64,000 nt of DNA. It comes from Cenococcum geophilum. Lineage: Eukaryota. The notes under the pieces are model-generated. The model was not told the origin of the DNA and did no database searches. It worked only from the letters and a program-made list of their open reading frames with translations. The number at the start of each line of letters is the position of its first letter. The first letter of the stretch is position 1. The stretch covers positions 11,966,001 to 12,030,000 of the forward strand of contig CP158636.1 of assembly GCA_050273025.1 (NCBI GenBank), given 5' to 3'. This document shows, piece after piece, positions 13,901 through 25,362 of the stretch. A program made the position numbers and the translations under genes.

Positions 13901-16900
13901 TGCCAATATGCCTGCGACACGAACTATAACTTTAACAACGACCGTATAAGTTTATTAACAATCAACTGCTCCCTTACTAATTTAATTGTCTTCTTCTTAA
14001 CCTACGATAATCCTTTTCGACTAATACTAAGCTACGCATACTAAGGAACGACCATAGTTAATACTGAGTTATATAAGCTTACCTTAGGCATTTATATACT
14101 TCGATAATGAGGTTAATACTAAGCTATATAAGCTTTAACAACAAAATCAATTTAGATAAACTAGATAATAATCGCGCCGTTATACCTATAATCTAAATGC
14201 GATTCGAATGCAACCTAAATGCGATTTAAAAGCAAACCCAACCAAATGATAGCGCCGATATGCCTGCTATTACTACCTACCGCTAGCACCGTACTGCTAC
14301 CGAATAGACAAGAGCTCGTGCCAATACGCATGCGAGCTATATTTCTTTTTTTATATAGCTCAGGGCGCGCCATATTAAAGGGGGGGGGGTAGTAGAGTTA
14401 GGAGACACTAAAGTTCTAAGAAGTTCTAAGAGAAGGAATGACGACTATAAAGCGCTCCTAATAATATATACCTCTCGCAGTAATAGGAAGGCTGCATGCC
14501 CTACGCTAACCTGATAACAACTATGCTGCTACGCCTATAGTCTAACCGATAGACCAATTGTACTAATACGCCTACAATCTACTGGCCAACTGATAGATTG
14601 AGCTCCAAACGTTTAACCACTATTACCACCTAACGCTTGCACCGTACTACTATGACGATAAACCCTAGCTGCTCTACCTACAGCTAACCATCCCTTGCTA
14701 CTTTATTAGCAGCCGACCGACCCTTACTACTCTGCCTACAGCTAATCAACCACTTACTGCTCTGCCTGCAGCTAACCGACTTCTACTGCTCCGCTAGCAG
14801 TAACAATTATATATAAGGTAGAGCTTTGCTCCTTAGTATATAACCCCGTAGATAGCACCATACTACTACCCAACTAATAAGCTCTTACGCTGATATACCT
14901 GCGAGCGAACCTAACAACCTCTCGCGCTAATATGCCTACGAGCAATCTTAATTACCGTTGTGCTAATACGCCTGCGATTAATCGACTACCGATAGCGCCG
15001 ATACGCCTGCTATTTACCATCTAACGCTAGCACCGCACTGCCACCTAACCCCTGCTGCGGTGTACCTCTCACAGCTAAACCAATACCTTGCTGCCTTACT
15101 GCAGCACTATAATCGACTTCTACTGCTCTGCCTGCAGTACCACACTCAACCTCTGCTGCTTTGCCTGCAGCTAAACTAACACCTTACTGCCTTATTGCAG
15201 CTAATTAACTCTTACTGCTCCGCCTATAGCTAAAACTACTACCTTGCTACGTTACTATAGCTACCCGACCTCTGCTGCGGTATACCTCTCGCAGCTAAGC
15301 TAATACTTCTGCTGCGCTGCCTATAGCACTATAATCGACTTCTACTACTCTGCCTGTAGTACTTTACCCGACCTCTGCTGTAATATACCTCTCGCAGCTA
15401 AACTAACACCTTGCTGCTTTACTACAGCTAATTAACTCCTGCTGCTCCGCCTGCAGCTGATCCCGATTTAACCATCGCTACTCTACCTATAGCACTACAA
15501 CCAACTTCTACTGCTTTACCCGCAGTATTAACTATATATAAGGGAGAGCTTTGCTCCCTAGAATACGACCCTACTACTAGCACCGTACTACTACCTAAAC
15601 CGACAAGACATCGCCGATACGCCTGCGATACCGATTACTGTTGTGCCGATAAGCCTATAACCCAAACACAACTAGGTAGAGCTTTGCTCCCTAGGTATAC
15701 CCAGCTAGATAAAGCATAGCTCTCTAAAAGGCAACCCCGTCACTAGCACTATACTGCTACCCGAATTAATAAGCTCCGCGCCGATATGCCTATAGAACTA
15801 TAACCTATTAATAAGACTTCGTGCCAATACGCCTGCGAATACAACCCCGTCGCTAGTGCCGTACTACTACTAAACCTCTACTGCTCTGCCTGCAGCTAAT
15901 TAACCTTTACTGCTCCACCTGCAGCTAAATATAATACCTTGCTATATCACTGTAGCTAACCAACACCTACTACTCTGCCTGTAGCACTATAACCAACTTG
16001 TACTACTCTACCTATAGTAGCAACTGTATATAAGGTAGCTCTGCTCCTTAGAATACACCTCGTTGCTAGCATCGTACTGCTAGAACTAGATAAGTTACTG
16101 CGCTAATACGCCTGCGGAAATAGATAAGATCTTGTGCCGATATGCATACGAGCTACGTTTCCCTAACTCTCCCACCCTTATTTTCGCCTGCCTTTTTATA
16201 AGAGGGGGAGTAGGGGGGTTTTCTTTTTTTTATGGCTCGGGGCGCGCCATATTAAAGGAGGGGGTAGAGAGCTAAGAGGTACTGGAGTTCTAGAGGGTTC
16301 TAGGAGGAGGAACGACTACCAACGGAGGGCTCCTAGCGATATACCTCCCGCAGCAGCAGGAGCTGCAGGACGGCTGCCTGCCCTAAGTATAACAAGGTAT
16401 AGCGATATACTCCTCGCAGCAGCAGGAGCTGCAGGACTGCTGTAAGTCCTATGTCAACTAGCATCGCGATTAAGCGCCAAAAGCTAGATTTTTTTTCTCT
16501 TCTTTCTCTTCTACGAGGGGATAAAGCCTAAGGGCAGGCTTTTTTGGAAGGGGGGGGTGATGTGACGGTGCTGGGGTACCGCCCCTACGATGTTACATGC
16601 AACCTAGACAGGGGGCCTAGTCAGGGGCTCGCTTAGAGACTTAGCTCTTGTATATAAACGTATTCTCTCCTCAACCTTCTTCTACTCCTTAGCTTAGTAT
16701 CTTCGTAATACAGCATTCTACAAGCTTCGGTTCAGAGGCATTTATACGAGCCGTAACAGTAGTCCTATATATAAGGTATTGTCCGTAACCTACAGTAGAC
16801 TTCTTAAAGGCACCTATATCAATTATAACGCCGTAGAATTCTTTAGGGGTATAGCGTTCTGTAGTAATATATGCAAATAGGTCCTACTTATAATTTATAA

Positions 16901-19286
16901 TGTCTATAATAGGGGTGCTTACAGAATAGTTTTCGGGCACAACTAAGTATATAAAGGAACGGTCGGCTAATACGGTCGTAATATTAAAGGCTTAGCTGTC
17001 CGTAAAAGGTCTAAAAGTAGTTAGGAATATCTCTAAGGTCTCTTATTCCTAAGCGTCTAAGTTAAAGTCAATTATAAGGGCTTCTATTAACTTATTAGGG
17101 GGCTCTTCTACTTCCTCTCCTTCGTATTCCAAAATAAACTGGTTAATACGGCTATTAAGTCTCTTCCTAAACTTGTTACATTCTTCCCAGGTATGCCTTA
17201 TAGACTAATATCTTTCCTTACCGCATATAAAGCACTTCTAGCTGGTTTATCTATAGGGGTTGCTACGGGGGTTACGGGTAGGACTTAGTCGGTACAGGTG
17301 CTACTAGCGGTAGCGGCGGTCCGTAAAGTAGACGTCTAAGTCTATTTACGGATATTAAATATCTATAATAAAGGCTTAAGTGCTGCCTAGTGGGTTTAAG
17401 ACTTCGTATATTATAATAGAGGAGCGTAAATTATTAATAAGGCCAGCTAAGGTATCTGCAGGCTTATAGTAGGCGTACTTACAGGGCTCTACTTCCTAGT
17501 AGGCCGTAATAAGTTTATTATACAGGAAGTCGTCCGTTTAAAGCTTAATATTAAGACCGTGCTATAGGTGGCGGAGGTCTTTAATAAGGATTTGCAGGCA
17601 CTCTATAGTCGATTTTTCAGTGTTCTTGTCCATTACGGTCCGTAGCTTGGTCGCATTCCATTAGGTAAGGATATCACGCTTATATTCCGGTCCTTCAAAG
17701 TAGTTATATATAGCTTCGCATAGCTTATTAAAAGGAACACTAAGGGGGTTGCTCTTAAGGTTGGTATAATAGTAGTCGAGTGCTAGGCCGCGCAGCATAG
17801 TAGAGTAGGCTTGGCTAAACTCTTATTTAGGAATATCATCCTTCTGGCAGAGGTCCGTAAAGATAGTTAGTTTAAAGTTAAAGTTATCGTTTTCGCCGCT
17901 ATACTTAGATTTGTCGGTATAGAGCTTAGCCAGGTTAGCTAGCTCCTTACCGTAGGTTTTTAGTTAGGTAGGTTACGGATCTATAACTTGTGGATTTATA
18001 GTTTGCGGATATATAGCTTATAGATCTGTGACTTAAATAACGGGGGTAATTTGGTCCGTATTTTGGTTTACAGGGGTATTACGGTCCGTAACTTAAGTAC
18101 TAGGTATACTTTAGCCCATAAGATTAATTCTAAAACTGCTTAGGTTTATAGAATAAATTTAGTTAAGTGGGTTAGGTATAAGGCTAGCGATTATATTAAG
18201 TTTAGAAGAAGTAAAGAGTTCCTTAGTTTCTTAAAACTGGTCTAGGATTTCCTCTTTAGTTTATTCCGTTTGGTTCTTCTCGTATATTATATTATATAAG
18301 GACTATATAACAGTAACTCGTATATTCCTTTTAACCTATACACCTTAGTTACGTAAGAGGATCCGTAGGTTATAGATGGTAGTAGGGTTATATGCTTTAA
18401 AGATAGCTTCCGTAAAGCCCGCAAAGTCTTCCTAGTATTACTCTTATAGGTCAACGTTTATAAGCTTAAAATATTCATATTCAAGAACTTTAAATTTAAT
18501 GTAGTTGTTAACGTCAGGTATAGACGTAAGGTCGGCTCCCTGCCTCTACTTTTCCTGGCCTTTATCGACTTGCTTCCTTAGGTCTGCCATACTGTATAGT
18601 ATAGTGTAGTACGCAGTAGGTGGAAGAGGTCTTATAGTGGTCCGTAAAGGCGGTTAATATCCGTAGCGGTTTGTAGAAGGGTAAGGGTATCCGTAAGGGG
18701 TCTTAACAGGTCCATAGTAGTTCACAAAGGGGTAGGGGGTCTCCGTAAGGGGTCTAAAAAGAGGGTGTAGTAGGGATAGGGGTTTAAGGTTTAAGGGTAG
18801 GGGGTTCTGTACAGGTCTGTATTCGCGTCTATTATACTTCCAGTAAACCGTACTAAGACTTAAATAAGTATATAGAGTTGGAGATAAGTCCGTAATCCCT
18901 AACTTCTAACCTTCCAGCAGGTCGTACTAGGAGTCTAAACGGGTAGTTGCTGTCGTATATATCGCTCGGGGGGAGGTATTAAGTGATTACTAATCTGTAC
19001 GCGCTTACTAATCAGTGTTTGTACTAACTTAATAGCATAAGTAAGTCGTATCCCGGGGCACGAAATACGTATAGTATTATATGCTCTTTGGGATAGTGGT
19101 GACTATCGATTGTATAAAGCAGACTACGTAGTCTATATACTAATGCGCCTCCCCCCTAATTAGTCAGTGCTTCAGAAGTGCACCAGACGCGTAAGCGGGT
19201 GGTTAGTGCACCAAACGCGTAAACGCGTACTCGGCGTACCGAACGCGTAAGCACGCGGTTGGTACGACAGGTGCTGTAATTATACA
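7937..19286 (-). mobile_element. Ty1/Copia LTR retrotransposon, RIP-inactivated, inserted in the Gypsy integrase
   Basis: 271-bp LTRs at 7937-8207 and 19016-19286, TSD CCTAT. Minus-strand order is gag (~18600-17200), protease (split at 16759/11568), integrase (~11150-10500), GPTNFRSTSVKPY, RT (RDISQAYVQS, KPLYGVPEA, TYDPCLL; ~9950-9100), RNase H (~8960-8550), which is the Copia order. Confidence 0.92.
11569..16758 (+). mobile_element. Non-autonomous LTR element (LARD-like) nested in the Copia
   Basis: 198-bp LTRs at 11569-11766 and 16561-16758, TSD GTAGT, PPT gaaggggggggtga before the 3' LTR. The 4.8-kb interior is built of short repeated modules with no recognisable gag or pol motifs. Confidence 0.88.
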
Positions 19287-21048
19287 CCTATAGACTTAAT
19301 TAATATAATATTAGTAGCCGAATGTTTTATTAAACATGTCTTTAAGCTATACGGACTTCCTAATTTAATAATATCTAACCATAGAAGCTAGTTTGTTTTA
19401 GACTTCTAGTAAGCCCTATATAAATAATTAAGTATACGAATATAACTCTTAACTATATTTTATCTAGAGATAGACAGTTAAACTAAAATTGCGAACGCGA
19501 TTATAGAACAATACCTATAAATATACTGCTCCTGCTTGCAAGATAACTGGGAAAAGTAGCTACCTTTAACTAAGTTTACTATAAATAATACGAGGAATAA
19601 ATTAATAGGTATAATGCTGTTTTACACAACCTACAGATAAGACCCTTAACTTGGATTTAAACTATAACCTAAAATTAATATAATAGGACCTACGGTTAAG
19701 AGGATTTAACTAATTAACGCGTATAACTTCGCTAATTAAATAAAGCAGTTAATAGAACTATTATAAAGTAAATTAGCGTACGCTTAAATAGTATAGGAAT
19801 AGCATATAAACAAAAAACGAGCTCTCGCGTAGGACTTTAAGAAAGGTAATATAGTTTACCTAAATATATAAAACCTAAAGACTTAACAACCCTTAAAGAA
19901 ACTAGACTAGAAGTTTATAGGTCTATACCAAATTAAGAAGAAACTAAGCCTATACGCTTATAAGCTTAAACTACCAACTAAGATAAAAAATACATCTAAC
20001 GTTTTATATAAACTTGCTATAACCCTTAAAAAGTAAACCTATAACTTATAAAGTGCTACCGCTACCTCCTATAATTATTAATAATAGTAACAGTTCTTAC
20101 TTTATTAACTTAATTAATAATATATAATAGAAAACATAATCTAAATAATTTAAACTTCTTATTAAGTAAAAAGGATATAAAATATAAACTTAGGAAACCT
20201 ATAACCAGATTAAGACCGACACGCCTTCCCTAGTAAAAGAATTCTATAAAAACTATCCTTTACGGCCTGCTTTAGCTAGATAGATATAATATAAAGGCAA
20301 ATAACTACCACCTAATATAAATATATAAAACACAATAGCAGAAAGCTTAAAATTAAAAAGAACTTAAAATATATTATAACGTTTATAATATAATTACGTA
20401 ACATATAAGATATTAAGGAACTTTAACCGGCTGTTAAAGTTATTTAATTAGTTAGATTTGCCTTACCAAGACCTACTACAAAGATATTAGTTTGGCTTAC
20501 CGCCTTAACTAAGCTAATAGTAATTTTCTATACCGGGCATGGAAAATCCTAATTAGCTTACTTAACGATTAAAACCGGTAAAACCCTATACTACTACCTG
20601 ACGCGAAAATATAACACGCGATAAGTTATAAGTCTTAACTAAAATTAAATTATTTAGACCTTTGGCTAAAAGGGGGGGTACTATAACAGGACTAGCCCAG
20701 TTATAGTAGGAATATCTCGGTAAAATACTTAATAGATAAATTCCGACGCTTTAACCAAATTCTGCTAGCTTAATTAACTTCTACCAAAGTCCGTTAAAGA
20801 CCGCTTGCGTATATACGCATGCATCAACCACCAAGCCCCTAACTATTTAATTATATGATTCTCTGGTTATTCCCTTCTCTTCTTTACGCAACGTCTTGTT
20901 CTTAGCGAGAGCTATATACCCTTAGATTTAGATAGAATTTATATCGTTCCTTCAAATCTTCCCCGAAGTCTCTCCGCGTCCTTACATTTATTTTGCACTA
21001 ACTATATAGGAAGAGTAATTCTTTTTGCTTAAAGTAAGTAAGATATAT

Positions 21049-21296
21049 AGAATGCGTAAGGAGGGCATTATATACAGAATATACGAGAAGGGCATTATAT
21101 ATAGAATGTGCGAGAAGGGCATTATATATAGAATGCGCGAGGAGGGTATTATATATTAATTACGTATTAAGTGTAAAATGCGTAATTAGCTGCACCGCAT
21201 TATTAAATATAGCAGTATACTGCACCGCATTATTAAATACGGCAGTATGCGGCAGTATGCTGCACCGCATTGTTAAATACGGCAGTATGCCGCACC
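21049..21296. repeat. Subterminal tandem repeats of the TIR element: 4 x 27 bp, then ~3 x 30 bp
   Basis: agaatgcgcgagaagggcattatatat x4 at 21049-21156; gctgcaccgcattattaaatacggcagtat x3 at 21189-21296. Confidence 0.9.
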
Positions 21297-22368
21297 TTAG
21301 TCGATACTATACGCTACACGTTGTAGTGCGCGGAATGCGCATTTGGCCGCCAAATGCTGCCAAATGCTGCAAAAATGCTGGTAAATTTTTTCCTGACGGA
21401 AGAGCAGTATATAGTGGAGCGGCATATATACGGCATGCGTTAAGTTAATACGGCAGTATCGCGGCTGCTTATTAGGCGTATAACACTCCGTAAGTATAAT
21501 ATCGCAGAAGCTAGCATTACTATACTTGTTTAGTATAATAACGGCTACCTTATCGCTTATTAGGAGGTTCTTACAACGCCAATTAGTACTAGCCTTTAAG
21601 ATAAGCTATATTATATACGCGGAGTTACTTCCTAAATTGTTTAGTAGAAGTACTACAGGACTTTAAAAGGTCGCGTAGATATTTTGGCGGAGGCTAGAAT
21701 AGAGGGAGGTTTATATTACCGTGCTTATAGTAGGCTTTAAAGCGTAAATTGCTAGGCTGTAATGTACTAATATGTTTATTAATCTAATATAGGGCCGCGT
21801 AGAAGTCGTAGGTAACGTTTATAGGACTAATATCTAGCTGCTCCGTAATATGGCGGACTATAGTAATAGGACTACAATTTAGCTGCTCTGCGATAGGGCG
21901 GACCGTAGTAGGTTGCGGCTGGATTAATACCTCGTTACGTTAAGAAGCGGCTTAAAAAGAGCGGGAATTAGCCAGGGCAAAGACAGGGGGTGCTATATTT
22001 TAAGGTATTAAAACCTTTACAAGGAAAGGTTTTAAAAACAGCTACCAAAGAATTTCAACATATTTGCATAGATTAGGGTAGATTTGGTGTGTAAATTAAT
22101 CGATATTTTGGTGAGAGTCCGTGCGCGATCAGGGGGTCTGTCTCGTTTGAGTGGCGATTACGCTAGGTGAACCGAACGGGTCCTTAATCTCTCTACCAGG
22201 AGAAGATCGGGAGAAAAGAGGTAGAAGGAATGTTTTTAGTTAGCTAGAGATAAGAAAGAAATGATTTCAAGTCGCATTGATAGAACAATGGAGCTTTGCG
22301 AGGTTTCTATCAAATGAGGTCGTGTCCCGATTCCCCTTTTCCCCTTTGCCCACAACCAGCACAACACC

Positions 22369-23783
22369 ATGTCAAACACAACACCACAGCCCGAAGACGG
22401 CTTCTATGCACTTGTGACTGGAGCCAACAGGTATGCGCAAACTCTCGATATTGTCGTCCCACCAATTGACACTTTTATTCAAGCGGTCTAGGCTTCGCAA
22501 TATGCTGCCGCCTCATTGATGAATTCCTCCACACCCGTCCCCAGTCCCAAACCCTCGTCCTAATTGTTACAACACGCGATATACGGAAAGGCGACGACGC
22601 GGTTGCCAGACTTCAGAAGCACCTACAGAATGCCTGTCGTAAGGCAGAGAAATCTTTCCCCGGTGTCAGCATGTTGTTGCACCGGCGCGTACAATTTCGA
22701 CAGGAAATACTGGACTTGACCTCAATTTTGTCAGTGCAGAGACTTGCTAAGCGACTGCTTTTTTCAACACCAAAACTCAACGCAGCGATCCTCAATGCTG
22801 GGATTGGAGGTTGGGAAGGCTTGAATTGGCCTAACGCGTTTTACAACCTCTTCACGGATTGGGTTAATGCAGTAACCTACCCAACATACAAGATATCTGG
22901 AGTTGGGTGGCTCACAAAGCCCCAAATACCAGCAGATGGCAATGCAGGGAGGACTGAGGAACCACCGGTCGGTGAGGTATTCTGTGCAAACGTTTTCGGG
23001 CACTACCTTCTCTGTCACTACTTGGCCCCTTTGCTATCAGCGCATAAGGCCGATGAGGGAACAGTTGGTCGCGTGATTTGGCTGTCGAGTCTTGAGGCGT
23101 ATGCGAGTGCTTTTTCGCTTGAAGACTTCCAGGGTCTGGCTTCATCTATGCCATACGAGGCCTCGAAACGCTTGACGGATATACTGGCGTTGACGGCAGA
23201 CCTACTATCTACAACGCCGCTAGTTACTCAGTACCTCACCAACGATGGACCACAAAGGGCTGCTAAGAACAACCCAAGCACCAATACAACCAAAACGAGT
23301 GCAAGGAGGCCCAAGATATATCTTACACATCCTGGCATTTGCTCTACTGGGATCATGCCTCTCCATTACTTTCTGGCCCTCTTGATGACGGCCGCCTTTT
23401 ACATTGCACGATGGCTGGGCAGTCAATGGCACGGAGTCACAGCATCAAACGGCGCATGTGCGCCGGCATGGGTGGCGCTAGCGCAGCAGAGCACATTGGA
23501 CGCCATGGAAGAGAGAGAAGGCAAGGCCAAGTGGGGCAGTGCGACTGATTGGTGGGGCAAAGAACGGGTGGAGCGGACCGAAGTTGAAGGGTGGGGTTGG
23601 GGCGGGGTTGTGGGTGAAAGGATTAGAAAGAAAGGGAGGTGGAGGCATGCGAAGAACCTGACGGAGCGAGACAGGCAGCAGTTTGAGGAGCTAGGGAAGG
23701 AGTGTTGGGAAGAGATGGAACAACTGCGCAGGGAGTGGGAGGGTAGACTCGCTGCCGTTGGGGTTGGTGAGGAGATGAACTGA
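22369..23783 (+). CDS. ERG27: 3-ketosteroid reductase (exons 22369-22430, 22484-23783)
   Basis: Spliced N-terminus ALVTGANSGLGFAICCRLIDEF (SDR Rossmann TGxxxGxG), followed by ILNAGIGGW, GEVFCANVFGHY and YEASKRLTD (YxxxK). GT-AG intron at 22431-22483. Confidence 0.93.
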
Positions 23784-25362
23784 GTTATTTGTAATTTACG
23801 GACGGAATAGTTGTGCGTTGCTGGGTTGCTCGCTGCCGATGTGTGGGATGGAAATAACGGTAATATCCTGGGTCCTGGCAATTTTGATTCTTTCCTCGAT
23901 ACATGACTTTTCGCAGACCAGGTTGACGTTTAGAAACGAAATGCCAGTGCAAACTAGAGGTGACATCGCGCACGGCACGGGAGGCTAGAGTTGTAGGATG
24001 AGACGCTAGAGGGCGAAGAGTGAACAGTGTCTTTGCGACGGTATCTATTTAGCACTCTTTGGCGTTTCAAAGTCTTTGTTTCATACCTAGACATTCGTAG
24101 ACTTCCAGGAAGCCGCGTCACGTATATGTGAAATGGAAATATTCCGCAGGCTGACGTCTCAATACCTTGTATCCTATCCATAGGAATGCCTTTACCGCGC
24201 CAATTAGTGACGATGTGTGATGGAGGGTAAGATATTGATGATAACGGAAACAACTTCAAACACCCATCACAATGCCAGTCTTCCCTCGATCCCCGGACGA
24301 GGATAAGAAAACACACAGGCCTTAGTCGCAGGCTTTCCTTATCACACTGCCAACACCGTCCAAAGCCGATGGGAGAGGGCACTTGTGTCAGTGGCTTCTG
24401 TTGGTGTGATGGAGCTTGGGCAAAGTGATTGCTGCATGAATCCCGACAATTGTGATTCTGGGCATGCTAAACGGATCCCCACGCGGACTAGCCAGTAGGA
24501 GGCGATGCCCCCGCTTGTCGGGTCCCTCGCTCAATCGAAAGGAAAAGGGAGGCTGGGCCTGGGGCCGCTCGCCGTTGTGCAGCTAAAGCCGGCCCGCAGC
24601 CCGTGCCGAGCACTTTTTGTGTGGCACAGAGTGTGCCCGATTTCAGACCTCGTCGTCCTCCTTGCTCACGCCTCCTCCTGCTTCTCGCCCGCGCTCTGCT
24701 GCCACCCCAGCGGACGAAAGATATCAGTATCGTTCACTCAAGAGATGGTCTAGTGGTATTCTTACCTCGCTGTCACAGCGTACCGTCGAGAGTATTGTTA
24801 GCTGTCGTTGACTTTGCTTCTTCCGACCGCCAATTCTTCGCTCACCATATTTTTTCCACTCGCCGTAATCCTTCGCTCCCTGTCGTTACGTCCGCAAAAT
24901 CTATCCGTAAAATGGATCCAAAGCCTGAACCTCTCCCAAGCGACTTTCCTCCCCTCTACAGCCGTGTGTTTTCCGACGACGACAGCACCGCATAGACAGC
25001 TTGGGGCATCCAGCGTTTAAGTTAAATCTCCGCTTGGTTGTGATAGCATTCCATCTACTTCACCCCGCCAGCGCTCCATGTCTGCGACATCTGATTCTGC
25101 GACACGTACACGACGCCGTACTGTGCGGCTTTGCGATTGGAACACGTATACCGGCGCGCGCTCTGTTTGGCTGCATTGTGAGGACGCATCGGAACTACAG
25201 TTTGGAGGGATAATTTGCATCGTGGCTTAGCAAAGAACAAAGGCTTCGTGAAGTCGTTGTTTTCTGTTGACTGACACCTATAAACATCCCGCCATTCACG
25301 CAGCATTATTTCAACGGAATTTTTCACTCTTTCCTAGCCATTATTACATATAACCGTTAAAC

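Larger units (their letters stand above)
3669..20986 (+). mobile_element. Ty3/Gypsy chromovirus LTR retrotransposon, RIP-inactivated, split by a nested Copia
   Basis: 305-bp LTRs at 3669-3973 and 20682-20986 (TG...CA), TSD TTTAT, PPT aaaagggggggta before the 3' LTR. Degenerate gag from ~4004; RT with AYI(D)(D)ILIY at ~6481; RNase H ~6900-7250; integrase ~7600-7936 plus 19292-19950; chromodomain ~20100-20270. Confidence 0.95.
1959..21398. mobile_element. Non-autonomous TIR DNA transposon (CMC/CACTA-like, ~2.1 kb of own sequence) inserted in the Helitron
   Basis: Ends are CGT(T/C)AGGAAAAAATTTAC at 1959 and GTAAATTTTTTCCTGACG at 21398. The TSD is GA (1957-58 and 21399-400). Removing the element restores the Helitron frame LLF-PH. 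Subterminal tandem repeats are present and no transposase is visible. The superfamily call is inferred from the C..G ends and the 2-bp TSD. Confidence 0.75.
1..22250 (-). mobile_element. RIP-degenerate Helitron (Rep/helicase). Its own sequence is 1-1958 plus 21401-~22250; it runs off the left edge.
   Basis: Minus-strand translation with RIP stops gives Helitron motifs: GERFYLRLLL..PGP at ~410-460; AIVRKYGRPSIFITF at ~1530-1580; YMPLHYILLF|PH split across the 1959-21398 insertion; N-terminal C..C.AL.W / CCKHG-like Zn motif at ~21720-21810. Putative 5' end a|TC at 22250 is tentative. Confidence 0.85.
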
